Shown here in pieces: positions 1 through 9,002 of a stretch of 20,000 nucleotides of DNA. The notes beneath the pieces were generated by a model. It worked only from the letters and a program-made list of their open reading frames with translations. It was not told the origin of the DNA and did no database searches. The translations under genes and the position numbers were made by a program. Origin of the DNA: an uncultured virus (IMG/VR IMGVR_UViG_3300029288_000154) (Duplodnaviria; Heunggongvirae; Uroviricota; Caudoviricetes); IMG/VR virus record IMGVR_UViG_3300029288_000154; one strand, given 5' to 3'. The first letter of the stretch is position 1; each line of letters opens with the position of its first letter.

Positions 1-4
1 AATT

Positions 5-301
5 ATGTTTTCCGGTGAGGGAGAACTTAAATTATTTGGCCCGAATAATATGTGGAACAAAATTTATACATCTGATGATTTTTGCGAATGGTTGAAAGAT
101 ATAATTGAATTGAAAACGTCTACATTTGTTCTCCAAGAAAGAAGCAAACAAATCTATGTTGACCAAATGGATGAATCCCCGTTGAGAAAACATTTATTCA
201 AGAAATTGATAGAACAGGCAGAAAAAGAATTGGAAAGAGATAAGAAATTTATCGAACAATTGAACCGGTTAATAAAAGATATTAAGGAGTTTTCAATATG
301 A
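5..301 (+). CDS. hypothetical protein (may be 5'-truncated by the window edge)
   Basis: 98-aa ORF with a charged, coiled-coil-like C-terminus; its TGA overlaps the ATG of the next ORF (ATGA at 298-301). Confidence 0.7.
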   Translation: MFSGEGELKLFGPNNMWNKIYTSDDFCEWLKDIIELKTSTFVLQERSKQIYVDQMDESPLRKHLFKKLIEQAEKELERDKKFIEQLNRLIKDIKEFSI

Positions 302-435
302 AGATTTCGTTATATTTGACAGGGCGGTCGTTGTTTTATTGTATAAACGATAACCATAAGTCCTGGCAATTTTTCTCATTGGGTAACGGATATTCTCATG
401 ATTATACCGTTAGAAACAAATTTGGAATTTGTTAA
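298..435 (+). CDS. MKI-family microprotein (45 aa)
   Basis: Manual translation MKISLYLTGRSLFYCINDNHKSWQFFSLGNGYSHDYTVRNKFGIC*; ATGA overlap upstream, TAATG overlap downstream; not in ORF track. Confidence 0.7.
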   Translation: MKISLYLTGRSLFYCINDNHKSWQFFSLGNGYSHDYTVRNKFGIC

Positions 436-617
436 TGAAAATAAAGCTTAAAATTACACAGGATTGTTTGTTTTATAGTTATGACATAATTAACAATAAA
501 CCAAAAAGAAAACAACAAACGTTTTCGGCTGAATTGAAACATTTGTCGTTTACTGGCTGTATTAGAAGAAACAAATATAGATTCGTTTCGTCAGTTAACA
601 ACGTTTGGGACTGGTAG
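435..617 (+). CDS. MKI-family microprotein (60 aa)
   Basis: MKIKLKITQ...IRRNKYRF; ATG at 435 overlaps the upstream TAA. Confidence 0.7.
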   Translation: MKIKLKITQDCLFYSYDIINNKPKRKQQTFSAELKHLSFTGCIRRNKYRFVSSVNNVWDW

Positions 618-619
618 CT

Positions 620-832
620 GTGAAAATAAAATTATTGTTACACCACGATGATTATTACAAATACAATTTATATTGTCTTCAAACTTGTGTGCGTGGAAAA
701 TTTGTAAATATGAGTCAATTACATATTTTACAACCTATGTTTGGATATCATGAGAAAATAAGAAAACAATTTGGAATTTGCTACTATGCGCGAAACCCTA
801 AATGTCAATCATACAGAAAGAAGCACCAATGA
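620..832 (+). CDS. MKI-family microprotein (70 aa)
   Basis: GTG start, (M)KIKLLLHH...IRKQFGIC; shares FGIC with 298..435; stop overlaps the Nudix ATG. Confidence 0.65.
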   Translation: MKIKLLLHHDDYYKYNLYCLQTCVRGKFVNMSQLHILQPMFGYHEKIRKQFGICYYARNPKCQSYRKKHQ

Positions 833-1263
833 AAGCTCTTGAATATACCGGACCACGTTGCGACCAAGCAGTCGATATCGCCATTTTCAATTCAACCATG
901 ACTGAAATTCTTCTTGGTCGTAAAGAACACCAACCTCATTTTCGTTTCATTGGTGGGTTCTCTTCAGTTGATTCAGATTCCCTTGAAGAAGATGCCATAA
1001 GAGAAGTTGAAGAAGAAACTGGATTGGTTGTTGAAAATCCAGCATATGTCGGAAGTCGCAAAGTTGACGACCCAAGATACCACGGAACAATTCACGCAAT
1101 CAAAACGTGCTTGTTCTTTACTATTGGTTATGAAGGAACAGCAAAAGCTAACGATGATATTTTTGAAGTCAAATGGTTTCCGGTTGACGTATTCCTAAGA
1201 ATGGAAATGATGCCGGAACATATGAAGCTTCGGGATATGATTGTTCGTTCGGGGGTTGTGTGA
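829..1263 (+). CDS. Nudix hydrolase (ADP-ribose pyrophosphatase-like)
   Basis: Nudix box GGFSSVDSDSLEEDAIREVEEETGL plus DDPRY and ANDDIFEVKW segments; start chosen at the ATGA overlap (829). Confidence 0.9.
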   Translation: MKALEYTGPRCDQAVDIAIFNSTMTEILLGRKEHQPHFRFIGGFSSVDSDSLEEDAIREVEEETGLVVENPAYVGSRKVDDPRYHGTIHAIKTCLFFTIGYEGTAKANDDIFEVKWFPVDVFLRMEMMPEHMKLRDMIVRSGVV

Positions 1264-1487
1264 AGATAATATTAAACATTTCAAAACGACCTGTTAACTA
1301 TAGAGAAAATCAAGCAGCGTTGTTTTTCTTAACCTCCGATGATATGAACGTTCCAACGAGGTTGTTATTCGAACATTTTAAGATTGAAAATATTTACGAA
1401 ATTATAGACCATTCGGAGAAATTTCTAAAGAGAATGAAATGTTATGATGAGTTTAACGAATATTATTTTGGAAAGAAACCAGAATGA
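1260..1487 (+). CDS. MKI-family microprotein (75 aa)
   Basis: GTGA overlap start; MKIILNIS...KRMKCY. Confidence 0.65.
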   Translation: MKIILNISKRPVNYRENQAALFFLTSDDMNVPTRLLFEHFKIENIYEIIDHSEKFLKRMKCYDEFNEYYFGKKPE

Positions 1488-1663
1488 AAAACTTTTGGAG
1501 AATTTGGGCAAAGTCTATTGGGCAAAAAGATGGAAAGACGGATAAAGATTCAGACAACATCGCCATCGTCAGAACTCTGTTTGTTTTGTCAACTCTTTTT
1601 GGAATTTTCTTTTCAACAATAACCAACATATTCATCATAGCTGGAGTAATCAAGCATTGGTAA
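1484..1663 (+). CDS. small membrane protein (59 aa)
   Basis: Manual translation MKNFWRIWAKSIGQKDGKTDKDSDNIAIVRTLFVLSTLFGIFFSTITNIFIIAGVIKHW*; long hydrophobic C-terminal half; ATGA overlap. Confidence 0.8.
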   Translation: MKNFWRIWAKSIGQKDGKTDKDSDNIAIVRTLFVLSTLFGIFFSTITNIFIIAGVIKHW

Positions 1664-1860
1664 CACTTCATCTAATATGGTCAGAGTACACAGTTAACGC
1701 GTTTCGGTTTGTATCTCCAACTGATGTTATGATTCTAACCGCAGATTTCAAAGAATTTGATTTGCCAAGAATCTCAAAAAGAAAATTGGTGGTCGTGTAT
1801 AAAACTTTCGCCAAACCTAATTATTATCTTTCTGAGGCTCCTGTAATAAAGAAATGGTGA
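1657..1860 (+). CDS. microprotein, possibly a divergent MKI-family member
   Basis: TTG start; its ...LPRIS...VYKTFAK segment resembles the AYETFKRR/SYVTFKRR subfamily. Confidence 0.5.
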   Translation: MVTLHLIWSEYTVNAFRFVSPTDVMILTADFKEFDLPRISKRKLVVVYKTFAKPNYYLSEAPVIKKW

Positions 1861-1894
1861 ATAAAAACAAAAATAACAATATAAAAGAAAGGAC

Positions 1895-1923
1895 TTGACT
1901 TTGAGTTAATTTAACCGTATATT
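1895..1923 (+). promoter_or_regulatory. sigma70-type promoter
   Basis: TTGACT-N17-TATATT with an A-rich upstream tract, followed by SD AGGAGG and the ATG at 1946. Confidence 0.8.
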
Positions 1924-1945
1924 ACTAGCTGGAGAAGGAGGTTCT

Positions 1946-2209
1946 ATGCGAATTGACTTACCAGTTCCCAAACCATTTTTCGTGATTACTGCCAAAGACG
2001 AACACAATAGAATTCTGTGTCTTCAAGATATTCACAGTATCTATACACCTGCTTGGTCTTCATTAATTACCGAATATACTAAAAAATTTGATGACAAAGC
2101 TTCGGCAGAGGAAATCAAAAAAATTCAAAATTCATCTTTTCCAGAACAAAACAAAAATCTTTCTTGCTTCAAAGTCAGGAAAGTCAAGGTAGCTTACATT
2201 TTCGAATAA
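1946..2209 (+). CDS. hypothetical protein
   Basis: 87-aa ORF with a strong SD (AAGGAGG). Confidence 0.8.
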   Translation: MRIDLPVPKPFFVITAKDEHNRILCLQDIHSIYTPAWSSLITEYTKKFDDKASAEEIKKIQNSSFPEQNKNLSCFKVRKVKVAYIFE

Positions 2210-2225
2210 ACATAAACGAGGTTGA

Positions 2226-2846
2226 ATGTATTCAGAGGAACAAGTCCTCAATACATTCCGCCAAGAAGATTATCAAAATCATTTAATCAACCAAATCAAA
2301 AAACATCATTCAATTTACAAAACTCCGATTGACGGAATTTATTTTGAGGAACTAATAAACAACGGATTGGAATATTTCGGGATAGAAACCGATTGGAACC
2401 CACTTGACAAAAGCCACAAACAAGGCGTTGACATTTGTGGGTATAGTCTAAAAACCTGTAGATTGAAAAACAAAAAGTTTTCAATTACAAGTTTCAGAAC
2501 CACAAGTCAAAAAACACTTGACGATAAATTGAAATACATAAACGAAATCGGTGATGGTATTACTGGTTATGTTGTCTGCATGAAAGAGTTTGACAAGAAA
2601 ACAACCGATTTGAAATACATGATTTATCAGTTTGACCACGGAATAGATTTTTTAGATGTTACTAATTATTCATGGAAACAAACCGATTCTGGATATACTG
2701 GAACTTTTGAAAATTACATTGCCAAAATAACTTACAGCATGAGTCACCAATTGATTTTTTCTAATTTGGAACTGGAGAAAATCCAGAAAAATGAAAAATG
2801 TCATCTGTTGTGCGGATTTCAAACTAACATAGGAGAAATGAAATGA
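2226..2846 (+). CDS. putative PD-(D/E)XK-type nuclease (restriction-endonuclease-like)
   Basis: 206 aa, SD GAGG; the pattern FEE...GVD-ICGY-S-L-K resembles the E...D...(D/E/S)xK core; function inferred only. Confidence 0.45.
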   Translation: MYSEEQVLNTFRQEDYQNHLINQIKKHHSIYKTPIDGIYFEELINNGLEYFGIETDWNPLDKSHKQGVDICGYSLKTCRLKNKKFSITSFRTTSQKTLDDKLKYINEIGDGITGYVVCMKEFDKKTTDLKYMIYQFDHGIDFLDVTNYSWKQTDSGYTGTFENYIAKITYSMSHQLIFSNLELEKIQKNEKCHLLCGFQTNIGEMK

Positions 2847-3697
2847 ACACAGATACGCTTGAAAAAATCGTTGACACTTCTTTCTTTGTTGAAAATAAAA
2901 TCAACGAAGGAAACAAAAACGCGAAAGCCAATCTTAAGAAATGTCTGCCTTTAGAAGTTCCTGTTCTACAAGAATTGGCGCAAGATACAAAGACAGATTT
3001 TATGGAAGGTTATGATAATAGATTTCCAAGAATCAATATGAGTGTTGTTAATGATTCATATAAACAAATCAACGGCGTTAACGTTCCTGCATTTGCTGTA
3101 TATGATGTTTTCTCTCAAAATAACACATACGAAAAAGAATTTGTTATTAGTTCCACGACAGAATACAAATACGAACATGCTCTTTCAAAACTAATGGTTC
3201 CTCACAATCCGACGATGATGAAGTTATATAATCATGTTTGGAGAAACTATGACTACGGGGGAGAAGCGCCGTTTTTGGTTTTGGGTATTAGTGGAACTAT
3301 CGTTGGTTTACTCTGTACGTTTCTCCCGACACCATTTTTAATAAAATCCATATTCTTGCCAGTTGTTGTCATATCAATGTTGTCGGTGATTTATGGCATT
3401 GTCATTGCCAAATTCTCTACAAATTCTGTAGGAATCTCCCGGAAGTTCTCCCATACGTTTTCGGGGATGATTCCGGACGATGTTCGTAAAACCGTCGTCT
3501 CTGAACGACCAAAATTCAATAAGATTCTTCTTGTTGAGGAATCGTATAATTGGAAAATTGATGATTCTATTGAACTACAAAAGAAGCCAAATTCCGACCC
3601 ACTAATTGTTGGTGAGATAAAAGGCAAACATTTTCTTATCACCTCGTTCGTCGTCACACCACTTGAAAAGCTACTCGCTCAAGAATTCTCCGCATAA
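2843..3697 (+). CDS. membrane protein with two TM helices
   Basis: 284 aa; two adjacent hydrophobic segments (FLVLGISGTIVGLLCTFL, IFLPVVVISMLSVIYGIVIA); SD AGGAG. Confidence 0.8.
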   Translation: MNTDTLEKIVDTSFFVENKINEGNKNAKANLKKCLPLEVPVLQELAQDTKTDFMEGYDNRFPRINMSVVNDSYKQINGVNVPAFAVYDVFSQNNTYEKEFVISSTTEYKYEHALSKLMVPHNPTMMKLYNHVWRNYDYGGEAPFLVLGISGTIVGLLCTFLPTPFLIKSIFLPVVVISMLSVIYGIVIAKFSTNSVGISRKFSHTFSGMIPDDVRKTVVSERPKFNKILLVEESYNWKIDDSIELQKKPNSDPLIVGEIKGKHFLITSFVVTPLEKLLAQEFSA

Positions 3698-3703
3698 TTT
3701 AAC

Positions 3704-3733
3704 AAAGAGCCGTTTTAACAGGCGGCTCTTTTT
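3704..3733 (+). terminator. rho-independent terminator
   Basis: AAAGAGCCGTT-loop-GGCGGCTCTTTTT hairpin plus T-run directly after the stop at 3697. Confidence 0.8.
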
Positions 3734-3745
3734 ATTCGAGGAACA

Positions 3746-4455
3746 ATGATTTATAAATTCGGAAAAAAGAAAGAAGCTATAAACAACCAAGATTTTGAAG
3801 CGTTTAAAAAATTTCTAACCGATGAGTTTGGAAAAATATGTAATTGTAAATTTTCTATTTCTCTTCTTAATCTTCTTTGGAAGAGTGTTTCTTTTAATAT
3901 GTATGGAATGACGAATTTTGAAAACGCGTTCCGATATTGTTATACCGAAAAGAATGTTCATAATAAAAATTACCATATTGAATTTCCAAAGTTCGTTGAG
4001 AAATACAACGAGCACAAAAAAAAAATTACGATGATTGGGTTCGCCGATTCAATGTCATATCTGCTAACTATGAATTTTTAAAAATATATTTAACAAACTT
4101 CTGTAAAAAATTTCCGGAATTAAAAACAACAGATATTTGTGAACTTAAATATAGTCAATTAGAATTTACAAAATTTGGTTTGAATTTTCAAATAGACTTG
4201 TATAATTTAGATTGTGATTCTGTTTCAAATGTTATTATTCAATGTGGATATTTTGAGTTCAAACTTATAGATTTCGTAAACCACACCCACAAGATTGTTA
4301 AAACTATAAAGTCAAGATTAAAAGAAATAGAAAATTTACAATTATCAAGAGACAACGAACAGAGGAAAATAGAATCCGAATATGACGAAAAGACAAAAAA
4401 GTTAAACGACGACTTCGGCAAACAAATAAACTCACTAAAACAAATAGAGGTATAA
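3746..4455 (+). CDS. hypothetical protein split by a frameshift at an A10 run (about 236 aa if joined)
   Basis: The frame of ORF 4180..4455 is open from 4000 and overlaps ORF 3746..4081; A10 at 4016-4025 lies in the overlap; a -1 shift reads ...EHKK(K)NYDDWVRRF... Confidence 0.65.
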
Positions 4456-4457
4456 CC

Positions 4458-4790
4458 ATGTATCACGCAAATATTGTGACTTCTACGGCCAAAACTTTGA
4501 AAGATTTTAGCGCATACAAAGTTGAAGAATCAAATGAAAAAGGAATCAAAGTAAAAATTGTTAAACTTTGTAAATGTCAAGATTGTGGAAAAGAATGTGT
4601 TGAAGATAACGAAATGATTATCAACCAAGATTTTCCTAACACGTTTCAGCAGAACATTTTCAATTTTAATTCGGAAGTTCATGGAATGTTGAAGCAAATG
4701 GGCCTGGTTAAGCTGGCAAAACTTCCTGAAACAATTCAAAGAAAAAATGAAAAGAAGATTTGTTCAATTTGTATGCTGGAGGTAGAATGA
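4458..4790 (+). CDS. putative Zn-binding hypothetical protein
   Basis: CKCQDCGKEC and C-terminal CSIC motifs; SD GAGG. Confidence 0.75.
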   Translation: MYHANIVTSTAKTLKDFSAYKVEESNEKGIKVKIVKLCKCQDCGKECVEDNEMIINQDFPNTFQQNIFNFNSEVHGMLKQMGLVKLAKLPETIQRKNEKKICSICMLEVE

Positions 4791-5608
4791 TTGTTTTAGA
4801 GAAAGCTGTTGTAGGAACTAGAAGTTTCTTTACAGATGAAAATGTTCAAAAATGTAAAGAAATTGAAAAGGAATTAGTTGATAATGGTTTTACAATAGAC
4901 AGACCTAGATATGGTAATAATTTTATTATTGAAAGTTATGGAGCCTCAATTCGGGTTAAAAAATATGGATTGCTGTTAACTCTAAACATCCAACAACCAT
5001 CATGTAATAACAAAAATGACAAAATTGTTTTTGAATCTAACGAAAATCAAATCTTCTTTGACATCAATAAAGTCGTTGATTATTTCGAATCCTACAAGAT
5101 TAAAGAAGAAAAAAGAAAGATTCGTGAAAATTGTGCAGCTTTCAACGAACCGATGTTGATTTCTTACATTGAAGGGACTTTACATTTTGCTGGAATAGAA
5201 TATGAAAAAGAAACTCAATATCACTGCACATATTTCAAAACTCCAAATTTCAAACTAACTTATGTAAAACTACCTCCCGGAAAATTGGCGAAATTAAACA
5301 TCAAAAACATTGACTTGCGTTTGGAATATACAAGAAATTCAAAAAATTATTCTTGTGAAATAAAATTCACAAAGTTTGTTGAATCTCCTGAAACATATAT
5401 GGAAGAGATTGCTACTTATATTGACGAATTGAACGCTGCGAACGAAAAGCTATGTAAGATACGAACTGATTATGCGAACCAAATAAAACAAATCGAAGCT
5501 GAGTTGGGTAAAACCGCTCAAAAAGGTTTTGATTTGAATAAAAAGAAATATGAATCGCAAATGAAAGAAATGTTTAAGAAGAAAAATGTTGAAAATTCCA
5601 ATTGCTGA
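4787..5608 (+). CDS. hypothetical protein with a C-terminal coiled coil
   Basis: Start reassigned to ATG 4787 (SD GGAGG, ATGA overlap); 273 aa. Confidence 0.8.
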   Translation: MIVLEKAVVGTRSFFTDENVQKCKEIEKELVDNGFTIDRPRYGNNFIIESYGASIRVKKYGLLLTLNIQQPSCNNKNDKIVFESNENQIFFDINKVVDYFESYKIKEEKRKIRENCAAFNEPMLISYIEGTLHFAGIEYEKETQYHCTYFKTPNFKLTYVKLPPGKLAKLNIKNIDLRLEYTRNSKNYSCEIKFTKFVESPETYMEEIATYIDELNAANEKLCKIRTDYANQIKQIEAELGKTAQKGFDLNKKKYESQMKEMFKKKNVENSNC

Positions 5609-5619
5609 TTTTCTAAAAG

Positions 5620-5874
5620 ATGATTGTTAATATTTTCAAAAGATTATTAGGGAAAAAGAACCACAAACTTGTATTTAAGTGGAGTAAACGCCCATACATA
5701 ATAAAAGCCGGACATTTTATATGGAATACTGTGGGATATGACGGACACACTCCAAAACCAATAGCTGTTAAATTAAATGTCGCAAGAGAAACGGTAATTT
5801 TTGAAACAGAAAATAAGTTACATAGACGCGGACTTACCATAATGAATCATCCACGTATGAGAAAATGGCAATGA
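5620..5874 (+). CDS. microprotein family member (N-terminal extension subtype)
   Basis: MIVNIFKRLLG...HPRMRKWQ. Confidence 0.65.
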   Translation: MIVNIFKRLLGKKNHKLVFKWSKRPYIIKAGHFIWNTVGYDGHTPKPIAVKLNVARETVIFETENKLHRRGLTIMNHPRMRKWQ

Positions 5875-6134
5875 TTAAAAAGTTTATTCGTAAAATTTTC
5901 CGTAGAGAGAAAATACTGAAAATAACTACAAAAATTGAAACAAAGATGGCTTTACGAACAGCATTCACAAATCCGGCTATTTGTTACTATCATGTTAATT
6001 TTGTATTTAGAAAACGACACAATAATAAATTTTATATTAAGCTAATTACCTTTTATCATTTCTATCTAAGAACCAAATCGTTTTCTAATAATTATGCTGA
6101 TTTCAAACGGCTTCACAAATGGGATTCTAGGTGA
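5871..6134 (+). CDS. microprotein family member (N-terminal extension subtype)
   Basis: ATGA overlap; MIKKFIRKIF..LKITTKI...FKRLHKW; paralog of 6689..6925. Confidence 0.7.
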   Translation: MIKKFIRKIFRREKILKITTKIETKMALRTAFTNPAICYYHVNFVFRKRHNNKFYIKLITFYHFYLRTKSFSNNYADFKRLHKWDSR

Positions 6135-6250
6135 AAATTTCCATATCTTTTGTCGATGGTTATATTCAAAAAACACCCGCTTATTCTTCTCTCGTTTCAT
6201 CTTTCTTCAACAAATTTAATTCAAGGATGCTGAAATGGAAATCGCGTTAA
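6131..6250 (+). CDS. MKI-family microprotein (39 aa)
   Basis: GTGA overlap; MKISISFVDGYIQKTPAYSSLVSSFFNKFNSRMLKWKSR*. Confidence 0.6.
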   Translation: MKISISFVDGYIQKTPAYSSLVSSFFNKFNSRMLKWKSR

Positions 6251-6534
6251 ATGATTGTATTGGTATTCTGTTCATCAAAACAAAACATCTAAAAGAAACC
6301 TATCGTGTTGTTTATCTAACTTCTCTTGATGAACTTTATTACGATGACATTCTTGAAAAAATGACAACGGACGCTAATGTGGTTTTAGAAAATGCTCGAA
6401 TTTTATTTTCAGATTCGCCGGTTCTTCTTTCGAGAGAACTTGCGTATTCTGTTGCAGACGAAATTCAAATTGAAAAGAAATCCAAACAAGGAATTAAATT
6501 GATTTCTATTCCAACAACGGATGATGAATTTTGA
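6235..6534 (+). CDS. hypothetical phage protein
   Basis: 99-aa acidic ORF with SD AAGGA; not a member of the MKI family. Confidence 0.75.
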   Translation: MEIALNDCIGILFIKTKHLKETYRVVYLTSLDELYYDDILEKMTTDANVVLENARILFSDSPVLLSRELAYSVADEIQIEKKSKQGIKLISIPTTDDEF

Positions 6535-6692
6535 GAATCAAATTAAAACTGAGAATGGGCTATTCTTTTGATAACACCTGTCATTTCTTTTTATTTGCCG
6601 AGACCGATTCTGAAAAAAATTTGGAATACAAAATGTCAAGATGGTTTAGATTTCAAACAACAAAAACAAAACGATTGAGAAAATATAAATGA
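6531..6692 (+). CDS. MKI-family microprotein (53 aa)
   Basis: TTGA overlap; MRIKLKLRMG...KTKRLRKYK*; ATGA overlap downstream. Confidence 0.65.
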   Translation: MRIKLKLRMGYSFDNTCHFFLFAETDSEKNLEYKMSRWFRFQTTKTKRLRKYK

Positions 6693-6925
6693 TTAATAAT
6701 TTTTTTAAAAAATTATTTTGTAGCGAAAGAGCAACAACAAAAATTATAACTCTGATTGAACTAAATAAATTAAACACAGACTCAATTGACGTTTACTTTA
6801 TTTTTAAGAATTTACAAAAAAGAACATTTAAAATAATAGCTTATGGATATTGTAACCAAATTCAGTTTTTCACAAGCGGATATGATAAATTTCCAAGACT
6901 TCATAAATGGACGAAAAACAAATGA
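6689..6925 (+). CDS. microprotein family member (N-terminal extension subtype)
   Basis: MINNFFKKLF...TKIITLI...FPRLHKW. Confidence 0.7.
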   Translation: MINNFFKKLFCSERATTKIITLIELNKLNTDSIDVYFIFKNLQKRTFKIIAYGYCNQIQFFTSGYDKFPRLHKWTKNK

Positions 6926-7074
6926 AAATTAACATGATGTTTTACTACGAATGTTTAAGAAATGATAATCAATGTTATCCGGGGTTCTTGATTTCCAATT
7001 CTTTTATTTATAGCGTAACAAAAAACACATGCTTGTTAAAAAGAATGGAGAAATGGAAATGCGAATTGGATTGA
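6922..7074 (+). CDS. MKI-family microprotein (50 aa)
   Basis: ATGA overlap; MKINMMFYYE...LLKRMEKWKCELD*. Confidence 0.65.
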   Translation: MKINMMFYYECLRNDNQCYPGFLISNSFIYSVTKNTCLLKRMEKWKCELD

Positions 7075-7211
7075 TTTGGCATGTGAGTAGAGTGAGAGAT
7101 GAATATTCTAGATTTGGTTTTTACATTCCATTTGAAGGCTGTCGCGTATCTTTTGATTTTTGCGGCGGAAACAAAACAAGAAAAGATAGATATCAAATTA
7201 AGATAACATGA
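7059..7211 (+). CDS. MKI-family-like microprotein (50 aa)
   Basis: MRIGLIWHVS...KTRKDRYQIKIT; stop overlaps the next ATG. Confidence 0.55.
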   Translation: MRIGLIWHVSRVRDEYSRFGFYIPFEGCRVSFDFCGGNKTRKDRYQIKIT

Positions 7212-7378
7212 TACTTAAAACAGCATTTATTCAATATCAAAACGTAACCAAGGTCAAATTTACATGTGATGTATTTTATATTTTCGTTGCTTCTGAAAAT
7301 AAATATTACATTCTAGATTTCTGTCCACCACCAAAAAGATTAGAAAAATATAACAAATTTGAGATTTTTAACAAATGA
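7208..7378 (+). CDS. MKI-family microprotein (56 aa)
   Basis: ATGA overlaps at both ends; MILKTAFIQ...PKRLEKYNKFEIFNK*. Confidence 0.65.
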   Translation: MILKTAFIQYQNVTKVKFTCDVFYIFVASENKYYILDFCPPPKRLEKYNKFEIFNK

Positions 7379-7554
7379 AAATAAAACTAAAAATATTTCC
7401 AGATTATTACGGATATAACTTTGATATGGTCCATACAAAGTTCTGTATTGATTTTGAAGACGACCCGCGTGGAGTTTTCTGGTTCAAAAAATTAACGACC
7501 AGATTTGTGAAGATGTATAAACAAGAAATTAAACTAAACAACTATTATAACTAA
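7375..7554 (+). CDS. MKI-family microprotein (59 aa)
   Basis: MKIKLKIFPD...TTRFVKMYK...; manual translation. Confidence 0.7.
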   Translation: MKIKLKIFPDYYGYNFDMVHTKFCIDFEDDPRGVFWFKKLTTRFVKMYKQEIKLNNYYN

Positions 7555-7563
7555 GGAGAAACA

Positions 7564-9000
7564 ATGAGCAACTTTGAAAAACTAATGAAAATGTATAACG
7601 TGATTGCGAAACTCGGAACAACGTCAGCTATTCTTTCATACGACCAGCAGGTAAATATGCCCGAAGCCGGAGCAGAATATCGTGGAGATGTTCTTGAGAT
7701 GATTTCTATTTCAATTGCCAAACAGTTGAAATCTACGAAATTCAATAAGCTTCTTCAATCGTGTCTTTCAGATTCTTCTCTTTCGCCAGACCAAATGCTG
7801 ATTGTTAAAGATATTGACAACTCCACAAAGTTTTCCAATAGAATTCCTGTTTCTCTTCATGGCAAACTGTCAAAAGCTCAATCTAAATGTTCTGCGGAAT
7901 GGGAAAAGGTTAAGCTTAAGAAGACAAATGATAAAAAGTATCTAAAACTCCTTGACAACTATGTAAAGCTCGCCAAACAATCTATTTCTTATGCCAACCA
8001 AGGTGAATTCACAACTCCCTACGATTATCTTCTTTATGGTTATTCCAAAGGATTCACATGCGAAAAGATCGAGTCTGTTTTCAATCAACTGAAGCCTTTT
8101 GTAGATTCTTCTCTTCAAAAGCTAAACAACGCAACCGAATCAAAAGAATTCTCAAAGCCGGACCACGAAGTTCTTGAATTTTGCGAATCGGTGATGACAG
8201 AAATTACTGGAACACCTGAAAAAGTTCGTCTAGCAAAATCTACACATCCGTTCTGCTCAACATTGGGAAGAAATGATATTAGAATTACAACCCGAATCAA
8301 ACCAGGAAACATTCTCGACGCAATTGGTTCAACAGTTCATGAATCCGGACATGCTACTTATGAAGCTGGATTAGATTCGGAAAATTATGGAAATTGCCTC
8401 GGCTCTGCTGCTTCCATTGCCGCTCACGAAGGAATCTCTCTATTTTACGAAAAACACGTTGGTGAATCAGAACAAATGGCGACGAAGATTTCCGAAGAAC
8501 TTGGTTTCGAATTTGATGATGTTCTTTCTTGGATGCGCGAAATCAATTCTGAAAATCTAATCAGAACAGAATCAGATGAAATCACCTACCAGAGGCACAT
8601 CATCAATCGGTTCACTATCGAAAAAGAATTGTTTAATAGTGATTTGAAAGTGAAAGACATTCCGGCTCGTTGGAACGAACTTTACGGAAAAGATTTGTCT
8701 CCAGAAGTTGGGTATGCTGTTGATGTTCATTGGAGTAACGGAAGCTTTGGATACTTTCCTTCTTACACACTCGGACATCTAATCGCTGCTCAACTTAGAA
8801 ATAAAATGGAACAAGAAATCTCTCTGTTCAACGGAAACGAAATCAACTATGAAGGAATTCGTAATTGGCTTTCTGAAAACTATTTCAAACACAGTGGAAG
8901 ATACGGAACAGATGAACTTGTAAAAATTGCTACCGGTGAAGAACTAAATGCTGAACATTGGATTCGTTTCATCACTAACAAATTTAACATCGGAGAATAA
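7564..9000 (+). CDS. M32 family metallocarboxypeptidase (carboxypeptidase Taq-like)
   Basis: 478 aa with M32 motifs HPF, DIRITTR, HESGH (HEXXH), HEGISLFYE, IRTESDE and DVHW...FGYFPSYTLG; SD AAGGAG. Confidence 0.95.
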   Translation: MSNFEKLMKMYNVIAKLGTTSAILSYDQQVNMPEAGAEYRGDVLEMISISIAKQLKSTKFNKLLQSCLSDSSLSPDQMLIVKDIDNSTKFSNRIPVSLHGKLSKAQSKCSAEWEKVKLKKTNDKKYLKLLDNYVKLAKQSISYANQGEFTTPYDYLLYGYSKGFTCEKIESVFNQLKPFVDSSLQKLNNATESKEFSKPDHEVLEFCESVMTEITGTPEKVRLAKSTHPFCSTLGRNDIRITTRIKPGNILDAIGSTVHESGHATYEAGLDSENYGNCLGSAASIAAHEGISLFYEKHVGESEQMATKISEELGFEFDDVLSWMREINSENLIRTESDEITYQRHIINRFTIEKELFNSDLKVKDIPARWNELYGKDLSPEVGYAVDVHWSNGSFGYFPSYTLGHLIAAQLRNKMEQEISLFNGNEINYEGIRNWLSENYFKHSGRYGTDELVKIATGEELNAEHWIRFITNKFNIGE

Positions 9001-9002
9001 TA

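Noticed and set aside
1007..1198. Alternative + frame ORF inside the Nudix gene (and similar nested or extended starts at 802, 4760, 9964 and 17625)
   Set aside because: It is fully nested in a motif-bearing gene; the downstream starts with SD or stop/start overlaps are better supported.
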